Source: Escherichia coli
GTDB lineage: Bacteria; Pseudomonadota; Gammaproteobacteria; Enterobacterales; Enterobacteriaceae
Strand: one strand, 5' to 3'
DNA: 64,000 nt
Assembly: GCF_013122565.1 (NCBI RefSeq)
Contig: NZ_CP053258.1
The notes under the pieces are model-generated. The model was not told the DNA's origin. It saw nothing but the letters and a program-made list of their open reading frames with translations, and searched no databases. Both the position numbers and the translations under genes were made by a program. Positions 37,337-46,552 of this stretch are shown here, piece after piece (within the stretch, counting starts at the first letter, position 1; every line of letters begins with the position of its first letter).

Positions 37337-38818
37337 ATGAACACAGGGAATTTCGAGTCGATACAAATCATACTCGACGCGCAAGAGTGGCGTAGCCTGC
37401 CGCTGCATCTGCGTCTGTATCACGCTTTTCGCCAATTGGTGATTTCCGGCGCGTTGTCTGATGGCGCAAAGCTGCCGTCCGCTCGCGCACTGGCCCAGCA
37501 ACTTGGTCTTTCCAGAGATACCGTCGAAAATGCCTATTCCCAGCTTCAGCGCGACGGTTTTATGACCCGCAGGCAGGGAGCCGGGAGTTTCGCCAGCCGC
37601 CAGGGGATCCCGCAAATTCAGGGGCAGCACGCTCAGCCCCCCTCGCCCGGACAAGCACCGGCATTAACCGCCCGCTGGCAGCCGATTGCCGATCGCGCCG
37701 TCTCTTTCGATGCCCGCCAGATGCAGACCTTTACGCTTGGCCTGCCGGAAACGCGAAACTTCCCGCTAAACATTTGGCAGAACTTTTCCCGCCAGATCCA
37801 ACGTGAGCAGGCGCATACGCTGATGTTAAATAGCGATCCGCAGGGCGAGCCGGAGCTGCGCCAGCAAATTGCGCATTACCTTAATTTTGAACGCGGCGCG
37901 AAGGTAGATGCAGAGCAGATTGTGATTGTCAGCGGCGCACGGCAGGCGTTCTGGCTGTGCGGGCAACTGCTGGCAGAGGCCGGGCAATCAGTGGCGATGG
38001 AAAATCCAGGCTATCCCGGCGCGCGTCAGGCGTTTTCTGCCGCACAGCTTAATCTTCTTCCCGTTGAAGTGGATGACGCCGGGATCCGGGTGGATAAACT
38101 GCCGCCCGCACCGCTGGTTTACGTCACGCCGTCGCACCAGTTTCCTTCTGGTCATTTGCTCACGCTGGCGCGCCGTCACGCCCTGATTGCCTGGGCACAG
38201 GCGCACAATGCGTGGATTATTGAAGACGACTACGACAGCGAATTTCACTACACCAGCGCGCCCGTCGCCTGTCTGCAAGGGTTAGACTGCGAGCAACGCA
38301 CCCTGTATGTCGGCACTTTCAGCAAAACGCTCTATCCTGGTTTGCGCATTGGTTATCTGGTGGTGCCTGCCTCGCTGGCTGCGCACTTTGCCGCCGCACG
38401 TAATTTGCTTGATGGCGCAACGCCTGCGTTATCCCAACTGACGCTGGCGCGATTTATCGAGTCCGGTCATTTTGCCGCCCATATTCGCACCATGCGCAAT
38501 ATGTACGCGGTGCGACAGGCGAGCCTTGCAGAGGCTATTCATCAGCACTTAAGTGAATGGGTCACGCCAGTGGTGACATCCGGTGGATTACAAATGCCCT
38601 GCTGGCTGCATGAAGATGTTGATGAGCAACAGACGCTGAACGCGGCGCGCCGCGCCGGGTTAAATATCGCCGGGATGCGCCAGTTCTGGCTGACGCACCC
38701 CGCGCCCGCGGGCTGGCTGCTGGGATTCGCCGCCTTTACCCCCTACGAAATTGAGCAGGGAGTCAAGCGTCTGCGGGCTGCATTATGCGCTGAAAACGTG
38801 CGCCCAGCCGGGTCATAA
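37337..38818 (+). CDS. MocR/GabR-family transcriptional regulator (GntR HTH fused to a PLP aminotransferase-like domain); accessory
   Basis: 493 aa. The N-terminal winged HTH (LYHAFRQLVISGALSDGAKLPSARALAQQLGLSRDTVENAYSQLQRDGF) is followed by a long aminotransferase class I/II-like domain. Confidence 0.8.
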   Translation: MNTGNFESIQIILDAQEWRSLPLHLRLYHAFRQLVISGALSDGAKLPSARALAQQLGLSRDTVENAYSQLQRDGFMTRRQGAGSFASRQGIPQIQGQHAQPPSPGQAPALTARWQPIADRAVSFDARQMQTFTLGLPETRNFPLNIWQNFSRQIQREQAHTLMLNSDPQGEPELRQQIAHYLNFERGAKVDAEQIVIVSGARQAFWLCGQLLAEAGQSVAMENPGYPGARQAFSAAQLNLLPVEVDDAGIRVDKLPPAPLVYVTPSHQFPSGHLLTLARRHALIAWAQAHNAWIIEDDYDSEFHYTSAPVACLQGLDCEQRTLYVGTFSKTLYPGLRIGYLVVPASLAAHFAAARNLLDGATPALSQLTLARFIESGHFAAHIRTMRNMYAVRQASLAEAIHQHLSEWVTPVVTSGGLQMPCWLHEDVDEQQTLNAARRAGLNIAGMRQFWLTHPAPAGWLLGFAAFTPYEIEQGVKRLRAALCAENVRPAGS

Positions 38819-39869
38819 TCTCATACGGGATGGTGTCGCAGGCAGCCGCAACCTCTTCCAGCGTCTGGCCTGTGCCAATAAACTCCACCTTATCGCCCGC
38901 CGTCGGCGTGACGGCGCTGGCATCGACCATAAAGCTGTCCATACACACCCGCCCCAACACCGGTAACCGCACCCCGCGCCAGCATACGCCCGCCGGAGGA
39001 CGCATATTTCGCGGAACGCCATCCGCGTAACCCGCGGATATCGTGGCGATACGCAGCGGACGCGTGGCGGTAACCGTGCTGCCGTAGCCAACTGGCGTTC
39101 CGGCCGGAACATCCTGCACGCGCAGTATGGTCAGCGTCAGCGTAAAGACCGGTTTTAACGGCCTGGAAAACCACGGCTGGGTGACGCCAAACAGCGCAAT
39201 CCCCGGACGGCAGAGATCTTCCCGCCAGCCCGAGTGCAAAAACATCCCGCAGGAGTTCGCCAGCGAAAATCGGCTGCTGGGGAAAACCGTTTTTGCCTGC
39301 TGAAGTCGCGCGTGTTGCGCCATATTTAACGCATGATCCGGCCTGTCGGCGTTCGCCAGATGGCTGATGATATAATCCGGCGCAGGCCAGTTACGCTCAC
39401 GAAAAATCGCCGCCAGACGCATCAGTTGTTGCGACATCACGCCCAGCCGCGACATCCCGGAATCGAGCTGAATCATCACCGCACGCCGCTGCTGGCGCGT
39501 TTCCAGTAACGTAAGCCACGCCATCACCTGGTCTACGGAATTGAGCAATGGCGTGATCTGCTGCGCGTAACAAAATGCCATCGCCTCCGGCATAACCCCA
39601 TTAAGCACCACCACCCGCGCATCAGCGGGCAAGCATTTACGCAGCGCCACACCTTCAGAAAGCTGCGCGACAAAAAAGATCCGGCAGTTCGCCGCATACA
39701 GGGCGGGAGCAATCGCCTCCGCCCCCAGACCATAGGCATTCGCCTTCAACACCGCGCCACATTGCGCACGGGCAGCATGGCGGGCCAGGGTGCGATAATT
39801 TTCGACAATGGCGGCGAGATTGACGCACATAACGCCGCACGCCGCCTGAATTTCAGCAAGAGTTATCAT
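38763..39869 (-). CDS. Alanine racemase-family PLP enzyme (fold type III); accessory
   Basis: 368 aa. Contains the PLP-lysine motif [11 protein letters not shown] near the N-terminus and an Alr-like C-terminal beta domain. Overlaps the MocR 3' end by about 56 bp (convergent) and the downstream SHMT-like gene by 4 bp. Confidence 0.8.
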   Translation of the reverse strand: MITLAEIQAACGVMCVNLAAIVENYRTLARHAARAQCGAVLKANAYGLGAEAIAPALYAANCRIFFVAQLSEGVALRKCLPADARVVVLNGVMPEAMAFCYAQQITPLLNSVDQVMAWLTLLETRQQRRAVMIQLDSGMSRLGVMSQQLMRLAAIFRERNWPAPDYIISHLANADRPDHALNMAQHARLQQAKTVFPSSRFSLANSCGMFLHSGWREDLCRPGIALFGVTQPWFSRPLKPVFTLTLTILRVQDVPAGTPVGYGSTVTATRPLRIATISAGYADGVPRNMRPPAGVCWRGVRLPVLGRVCMDSFMVDASAVTPTAGDKVEFIGTGQTLEEVAAACDTIPYEIMTRLGARFQRIMQPADA

Positions 39870-41104
39870 TGATAAGGCAACGGATAGCGGTTGGTTAGTT
39901 GTATTACTTTTTGCTCAATATCGGCGCAAATGTCTGCAATATCTGACGCGTTAATGGCCAGAATGATTTCACTTATCCAGTCAGCAATAAGCGCAAAGTC
40001 ATCCGCCTGCATCCCACGCGTGGTGCAGGCCGCGCTGCCAATACGAACGCCGGAGGTAATCGACGGCGGCTGCGGATCGCCCGGCAGGGTGTTTTTATTA
40101 ACCGTGATCCCCGCCAGTTCGAGAAAATACTCTACCTGTGCGCCGGTTAACCCCTGCGGGCGCAGGTCGATAATCCCCAGATGGCAATCGGTGCCGCCCG
40201 TTAACAGCGTCAGACCGCGCTGCGCCAGTTGCTGGCACATCGCCTGCGCATTGTCGATGACCTGCCCGGCATAACGTTTAAATTCCGGTTGTAATGCCTC
40301 GCCAAGCGCCACCGCTTTCGCCGCGATAACGTGCATCAACGGCCCGCCCTGCAAACCGGGAAAGATGGCGCTGTCGATTTTTTTCGCAAGCCGGGCGTCG
40401 TTGGTGAGGATCATGCCGCCGCGCGGCCCGCGCAACGTTTTATGCGTGGTGGTGGTGACCACATCAGCATACGCCAGCGGCGAAGGGAAACAGCCGCCCG
40501 CCACCAGCCCGGCAAAGTGCGCCATATCCACCAGCAAAATGGCGCCCACGGCATCGGCAATGCGGCGAAAACGGGCAAAATCATAGCGGCGTGGATAAGC
40601 CGATCCTCCGGCAATAATCAACCGTGGGCGCTCACGCAGCGCGATCATCTCGACTTCATCCATATCAATCAGGCCACTATGGGCATCGACGCCATAGTGA
40701 AAAGCGTTAAACCATTTGCCAGATTGATTGACCGGCGAACCGTGCGTGAGATGCCCGCCGCATTGCAGGCTCATGCCAAGAATTTTGTCGCCGGGTTTCA
40801 GCAACGCCAGATAGACCGCCTGATTCGCCTGGCTGCCGGAGTGAGGCTGCACATTGACGTAACGTGCGCCAAAGAGTTGCTGGGCGCGGGTTATCGCCAG
40901 CATCTCAACCTCATCAATAAACTTACAGCCGCCGTAGTAGCGATGCTGGTAATAACCTTCGGCGTATTTATTGGTTAACACCGACCCCTGCGCCGCGAGA
41001 ACAGCGGGGCTTACGAAATTCTCCGAGGCAATCAGTTCCAGCGACTACTGCTGGCGCTGTTGCTCCTGGTTAATCAATGCAAAAAGTGGATCGTTATTTA
41101 TCAT
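39866..41104 (-). pseudogene. Serine hydroxymethyltransferase (GlyA)-like PLP enzyme with an in-frame amber stop at codon 20
   Basis: Reverse-strand translation from ATG at about 41104 gives [50 protein letters not shown]..., then continues through the SHMT signatures HSGSQAN and [16 protein letters not shown]. The TAG is at about 41045..41047 where GlyA has Glu. The ORF-track entry is only the 371-aa reinitiation product from GTG at 40981. Confidence 0.75.
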
Positions 41105-41337
41105 GCGCTTCCCCCGAAAATTCATCATGCGATGATTTTCGCAGGGAAAACGTCGCCCGCACCCTGCCACTTTTTAGAATGAGCGCAGACCACCTATGTC
41201 GTTTTACTTAAAAGAAGAGGGAAGAAGGCTCCAGGCATCTCCATATGCGATTCTGGTTGGTAATACATCATATTCCAGCTGCTCTTATCTGCCTACGTTA
41301 TTGCATAGGCAGAATAAGGCAGCCTCAATACGTACTT

Positions 41338-42891
41338 TTACTTGATATATTTCACGCGCATACCGTTGATCTGTTCATCCGTGATGGTGTTACCCGCTTT
41401 GAAGTAATCAACCACGGCGTGATAAACGTAATAACCGCCCGTTGTGTTACGCGCTTTCCCTTCGGTAAAGGCGGTAAAACCATCTCCACCATCAGCAAGG
41501 AAACTCTGGGTGGCAATAGAATAAACTGTCGCATCTTCAATGGGTTTGCCATTCAGAGTCAGTGTGATTACCCGCTGACCAACCGGCTTGCTGCTGTCGT
41601 ACTTCATTTCCAGGCCTTTCGATACCTGTAAAACGCCATTACTTAAACTTGCGCCGTGTTCCATCAAACTGCGTAATTGTTTCCCTGTGAGATCCATCGT
41701 CACCAGTTCGTTGGGGAACGGGAAGGTACTGATGACGCCGCCCATCGTAATCGCCCCTGCGGGGATCTCATTGCGAATACCGCCAGAGTTGGTTAAGGCT
41801 ATTTGGGTGTTTTTACCCGCCGCTACCAGTAAAGCGTCAGCCGCCAGGTTCCCGAGGGAAGCCGATTCACCATAGGCACGTTTTAATTCAACCGGCGATT
41901 GCGCCACCGTTTGTTGCACCACTTCATCAAGCTTTTTATTCCAGCCGTCGATCACCTGTTTTGTTTGCGGATCGGGCTTCCACTCGTCGGCGTAAATGGT
42001 TTTCAGCTCGAAGTTTTTCACCGTAAAATCATGCGGCTTCTCTTTGTAGTCGAGGACCAGTTTGCCCACATCAATCCCGCCGCTGTCAGTGGAGAGGATG
42101 AGCGTATTGCCGACTTTAATCGGTTCCGGCGTACCCACATGTGCATGTCCGGTGATCAAAATATCCAGCCCTTTCACCTGACTTGCCGTCTGAATATCTT
42201 TATCCAGTGCGCGACGCACATCGGTCCCTCCCATACTGGACTGGCGGGCCGGAACACCTTCATGGATCAGGGCGACGGTCAAATCAACCTTGCCTTTAAG
42301 TTCATCGATATAACGTTGTAGCCATTTAATTTCATCGCGCGCTTCAATACCCACGCGCGTGGCAGCAGATACCGTATCGTTGAAAGCAAATACTCCGTGC
42401 AAACCTATAACGCCTATTTTCACGCCGTCTTTTTCGATGATGGTATATGGCTTATCCCAGAATGATTTACTGCTGTTCTGATAAAAAACATTGCCCTGCA
42501 CAATAGGGAATTTTGCCTGACTCAACTGTAATAATGTGTTGTCCCAGCCGTGGTCAAATTCATGGTTGCCTATCGTGACGGCATCAAACGGCATAGTATT
42601 CATAATATCGATAATAGCCTTACCTTTGGTCAGGCTGCTGATATATGGCCCGGTAAAATAATCACCCGCATCAAAAAACCATGTCGCTTTATTTTTTGCT
42701 TTTTCTTGCTTAACCAGCGTAGTGATATTTGCCCAGCCGCCAATATCCCGTTTACCGTCAGCGATCCACGGCACTTTATAAGGCTCGACATGCGCATGGA
42801 GGTCGTTGGTATAAATGATGGTGACATCTTTGGCGCAAGCCCAGAACGGCAATGTTAATGCGATACCCGCAGCAAGTATTTTAATTTTCAT
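41338..42891 (-). CDS. Secreted metallophosphoesterase / 5'-nucleotidase-family protein (UshA/CpdB-like); accessory
   Basis: 517 aa with an N-terminal signal peptide ([20 protein letters not shown]) and calcineurin-like phosphoesterase motifs ([36 protein letters not shown]), followed by a C-terminal 5'-nucleotidase-type domain. Confidence 0.8.
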   Translation of the reverse strand: MKIKILAAGIALTLPFWACAKDVTIIYTNDLHAHVEPYKVPWIADGKRDIGGWANITTLVKQEKAKNKATWFFDAGDYFTGPYISSLTKGKAIIDIMNTMPFDAVTIGNHEFDHGWDNTLLQLSQAKFPIVQGNVFYQNSSKSFWDKPYTIIEKDGVKIGVIGLHGVFAFNDTVSAATRVGIEARDEIKWLQRYIDELKGKVDLTVALIHEGVPARQSSMGGTDVRRALDKDIQTASQVKGLDILITGHAHVGTPEPIKVGNTLILSTDSGGIDVGKLVLDYKEKPHDFTVKNFELKTIYADEWKPDPQTKQVIDGWNKKLDEVVQQTVAQSPVELKRAYGESASLGNLAADALLVAAGKNTQIALTNSGGIRNEIPAGAITMGGVISTFPFPNELVTMDLTGKQLRSLMEHGASLSNGVLQVSKGLEMKYDSSKPVGQRVITLTLNGKPIEDATVYSIATQSFLADGGDGFTAFTEGKARNTTGGYYVYHAVVDYFKAGNTITDEQINGMRVKYIK

Positions 42892-43023
42892 AAATAGTCC
42901 CTTTCAGTGATTTAAAGGATTGCTACATTACGTTCTGAAAGAGTTATTTATGTGAGAGTAATCACATCCGCAGGGGATAGTTGCCGGACAAAATCAACGA
43001 CCTTGTGAAATCGTTGGTGATAT

Positions 43024-44154
43024 ATGTCAACTCTGTTTACGATTAATGCCTGCAAGTCGTTTGGTTGCCGTAATTTAGGGCAACCAACATCGACAGATTA
43101 CAGCTGGCCAGACTATCGACTGGGTTATCCGGCACTGCACTGTCGGGCATGTGGAAGTTACCCGCCGTTGTTTGACGAACAGCAATTTCGTGACTGGTTG
43201 TCAGTTCACTTATCTACTTTTGCAACTGAGAAAGGTCATTTCTGCCCGGTATGTTATGGCACAAAGACGATTTGTTATGGCCACAATCCACAGGGGTCGC
43301 AACGCATTCAATGTCGTAACTGCAAAAAAGTCTGGACACCTAAACAATATCAGAAAGAAATAACGCCTCCTGAAATAATCGAAACGGTTGCTCTTCTGGT
43401 GCCATTTCAGGGAGCCAGCAATGGGCAGAAACTGTATGTTTTAATCAGTTTTGATGCTCTTCGCGGTAATATTCTTCATCTTTCTACTAATTACACGCAG
43501 CATCAGGCTGGAGAAAGTCTGCATTATCGATACAGAGGAAATGCAGAACCAGAGTTACACGAGAGTAATATTGTACAACGCGTTGATATGCGCGAAGCAC
43601 AATTTCTACGCCGCAGTCAGTTTGATGAAATTCAGTATGGCAGCGCAGCGCTCAAACGCAATGCTAAAGGTATTATTCTGCGTCCGGTTATCACTGCACA
43701 CGGGCATTTCAGAGTACTGAATATTTTATTCCCTACAGTAAAAACACATGTAATTTCACACGAGTGTTTTTTAAGAGGTGCCATTATTACGGCATGGGCT
43801 GATCTGTTTCGCCAACAGCAAGGTGAAATTTGGTTTATTGAAGAGGAAATAGCTGACTATACCGATAATATGCCCTGGAGTTTTCAGGGAACAACATATC
43901 ACGGCTGGTGGAAAAATCAGTGGCAACTTTGGGGTCAGGGCAAAAATCGTAAAATGGTATGTGCATTAACAGGCGGAAATAACAGCAAAGCTGAAATGCT
44001 CTCTTTCGCAACCAGCAGACATTTTATCGACTGGCTACATAAACAAGCAGTATTTACTCACAGCACCCCGCTTTCCGCAGGGCGCGTTACGCAAATACTG
44101 CTTTCTCTGGCTCAGGATTACAACAACTGCGCCAGCCGGTTGATATCCGACTGA
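43024..44154 (+). CDS. Cys-rich protein with two N-terminal zinc-ribbon motifs (IS1 InsA-like finger), rest unknown; accessory
   Basis: 376 aa. Motifs C-x5-C...HC-x2-C and CPVC...GSQRIQCRNCKKVW; the latter resembles the IS1 InsA zinc-finger region (from memory). The last 12 codons overlap the metL 3' end on the opposite strand. Confidence 0.6.
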   Translation: MSTLFTINACKSFGCRNLGQPTSTDYSWPDYRLGYPALHCRACGSYPPLFDEQQFRDWLSVHLSTFATEKGHFCPVCYGTKTICYGHNPQGSQRIQCRNCKKVWTPKQYQKEITPPEIIETVALLVPFQGASNGQKLYVLISFDALRGNILHLSTNYTQHQAGESLHYRYRGNAEPELHESNIVQRVDMREAQFLRRSQFDEIQYGSAALKRNAKGIILRPVITAHGHFRVLNILFPTVKTHVISHECFLRGAIITAWADLFRQQQGEIWFIEEEIADYTDNMPWSFQGTTYHGWWKNQWQLWGQGKNRKMVCALTGGNNSKAEMLSFATSRHFIDWLHKQAVFTHSTPLSAGRVTQILLSLAQDYNNCASRLISD

Positions 44155-46550
44155 ATCGCCCCGGCGGTGACATCGCGCCCTGCGCCTGGTCCGCGGATCA
44201 CCAGAGGGTTATCGCGATACCAGCGGCTTTCGATGGCAAAGACGTTATCGCACGGCAGCAGTGATGCCAGCGGATGATCTTCACGCACCGCTTCCACGCC
44301 CACACGCGCTTTGCCGTTGGCATCGAAACGCGCCACGTAGCGCAGCACCAGCCCCATTTCGCGGGCCGCTTCCAGCCGTTGCAACATCTGCTCGTTGAGT
44401 TCATCGCCGTTTTCAAAGAAATGGTCGATGCTACCGCCTTCGCAATGGGCAGGCACCAGCGATTCCACGCGCACCTGATCCGGTTCGATGTCGTAACCCG
44501 CTTCACGCGCCAGAATCACCAGCTTGCGCATTACGTCTTTGCCGGAGAGGTCGTCACGCGGATCAGGCTCGGTTAAGCCCTGCTGCCACGCCTGATCCAC
44601 CAGCTCGGTAAACGGCACGCTACCGTCGAATTGCAGGAACAGCCAGGAGAGCGTGCCGGAGAAGATCCCACTGATCGACAAAATAGTATCGCCGCTGTCG
44701 ATCAGATCGCGCACGGTGTGGTTGATCGGCAAGCCCGCGCCGACGGTAGCGTTGTACAGCCAGTGACGCCCGGTTTTTTCGAAGGCGTCGTGGATCTGGC
44801 GATATTTATTGCTGTCGCTGGCTCCTGCCAGTTTGTTGGCGCTAATGACGTGGAAACCGTGGCTGGCGAAATCGAGATACTGGTCAGCAAGCTGCTGGCT
44901 GGCGGTAACGTCCAGCACCACTAAATCATCATACGGATGGGCGCGCATCCACAGGAACAGCGACTCTTCATCCTGCTCAACCGCTTCATCGTTGAAGAAG
45001 GCTAACGCGCGGCTGGCGTCCAGCCCGTCATAACTCAACAGGCTGCGGCGGCTGTCCACCACGCCTGCCAGCACAAATTCAAAGCCGGTACGTGCCGAAA
45101 GCGTGCTCTGCTCACGGGCGAACAGTTCCAGCCAGCGGGAACCGATATTGCCCTTGCCGAACAATACCAGGCCGATGCGTTTTTCCGCGCGGAAGACGGA
45201 CTGATGCAGCCCCTGAATCAGGCTTTCGGTCGGGCCGGTGCGCAGAACTGCCACCAGGCTGATGCCGTCATCGGACTGCCAGGTAAACTCGACCGGCTGG
45301 CCTTTCAGTTGCTGCCAGAAGCGGTGGCAATGCAGCGGGTTACGGGTGACACCCGCCCCGACCATCGCCACCAGCGCCAACCCCTGACGCAGGCGCAGCT
45401 CGCCAGGTAATCCCGCTTCGTCTAGGATTTTCAGCGCACTGTCGGCCACTTCTGAGGTGTAGCAAAATTGCAGCAACTGGCGATCGTTATGCACGCCAAC
45501 CGCCAGTGGGCGCACCTGCGCGCGTTTCAGGATCTGGTCGATCTCTTTATGCGCCAGTTTGAAATCCTGGCTGGCGGGCACCTGAAACTCAATCAAGCAG
45601 ACATCGTCGTGGCTGGTGACAATACGCGCACCAGTACCGGAGGCCAGCACGCGTTCAATGCGCGTGGAACCTTGATCCGGCGTGTAGCTACAGCGCAGTT
45701 GCAGGTCAATTTCGCTGCCTGATACCGGCTGTAAAGTACGGGCGTGGAGAACCGGAGCCGCCAGACGCGCCAGTTCGCTGGCTTCATCCAGACGCAGCAA
45801 CGGCAACAGGCAGGCATCTTTCACTTTACGCGGGTCGGCACTGTATACCCCGGCGACGTCGCTCCAGATGGTTACACGAGAAACACCCGCCAGCGCACCG
45901 ATTTGTGTCGCGGAGTAGTCGGAACCGTTACGCCCCAGCAGCACCGTTTCACCGGCGTTGTTACGGCTGATAAACCCGGTCACCACCAGACGTTTACCCG
46001 GATGTTGTACCAGTAGCTGTTGCAGCAACGGGTAAGAAAGCCCTTCATCAACCTGCGGCTGCGCAGCGCGTTCAGCGCGTAAAAACTCGCGGGCATCAAG
46101 CCAGGCCGCTGGCAGCCCTTGTTGATTAAGTACCGCAGACATCAGGCGCGCCGACCACACTTCACCATGGCCCACCACTTCCGCATACACCGCATCGTTA
46201 ATACCGCTGTCGAGCAGCGCCGCCAGGCGCTCAAGATCGCTGACAAAAGCGCTAATGAGGCTATCGGCTTCTTCAGCGGGTAGCAGACCGCTAATCAGAT
46301 CGCACTGATAGCGACGCAGCGTTTGTTGAACCTGATGCGCAGAGAGACGATCGGTCTGGCTTAGTTTCAACCAGTTAATCAACTGGTTAGTGGTGCTACC
46401 AGCGGCGGAAACCACCATCATATCGTCAGGCTGAGAGTACTCCGCCATAATGCCCGCGACACGCAAATAACACTTCACATCAGCCAGACTACTGCCACCA
46501 AATTTATGCAGTTGACGACCTTTCGCCCCTGCCTGCGCAATCACACTCAT
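44118..46550 (-). CDS. metL: Bifunctional aspartokinase II / homoserine dehydrogenase II
   Basis: 810-aa ORF MSVIAQAGAKGRQLHKFGGSSLADVKCYLRVAGIMAEYSQ... ending ...INRLAQLL. Confidence 0.96.
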   Translation of the reverse strand: MSVIAQAGAKGRQLHKFGGSSLADVKCYLRVAGIMAEYSQPDDMMVVSAAGSTTNQLINWLKLSQTDRLSAHQVQQTLRRYQCDLISGLLPAEEADSLISAFVSDLERLAALLDSGINDAVYAEVVGHGEVWSARLMSAVLNQQGLPAAWLDAREFLRAERAAQPQVDEGLSYPLLQQLLVQHPGKRLVVTGFISRNNAGETVLLGRNGSDYSATQIGALAGVSRVTIWSDVAGVYSADPRKVKDACLLPLLRLDEASELARLAAPVLHARTLQPVSGSEIDLQLRCSYTPDQGSTRIERVLASGTGARIVTSHDDVCLIEFQVPASQDFKLAHKEIDQILKRAQVRPLAVGVHNDRQLLQFCYTSEVADSALKILDEAGLPGELRLRQGLALVAMVGAGVTRNPLHCHRFWQQLKGQPVEFTWQSDDGISLVAVLRTGPTESLIQGLHQSVFRAEKRIGLVLFGKGNIGSRWLELFAREQSTLSARTGFEFVLAGVVDSRRSLLSYDGLDASRALAFFNDEAVEQDEESLFLWMRAHPYDDLVVLDVTASQQLADQYLDFASHGFHVISANKLAGASDSNKYRQIHDAFEKTGRHWLYNATVGAGLPINHTVRDLIDSGDTILSISGIFSGTLSWLFLQFDGSVPFTELVDQAWQQGLTEPDPRDDLSGKDVMRKLVILAREAGYDIEPDQVRVESLVPAHCEGGSIDHFFENGDELNEQMLQRLEAAREMGLVLRYVARFDANGKARVGVEAVREDHPLASLLPCDNVFAIESRWYRDNPLVIRGPGAGRDVTAGAIQSDINRLAQLL

Positions 46551-46552
46551 TT

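Noticed and set aside
37247-37654. 135-aa minus-strand ORF overlapping the MocR gene start
   Set aside because: Antisense to the conserved GntR-type HTH coding region of the MocR-family gene; no support.
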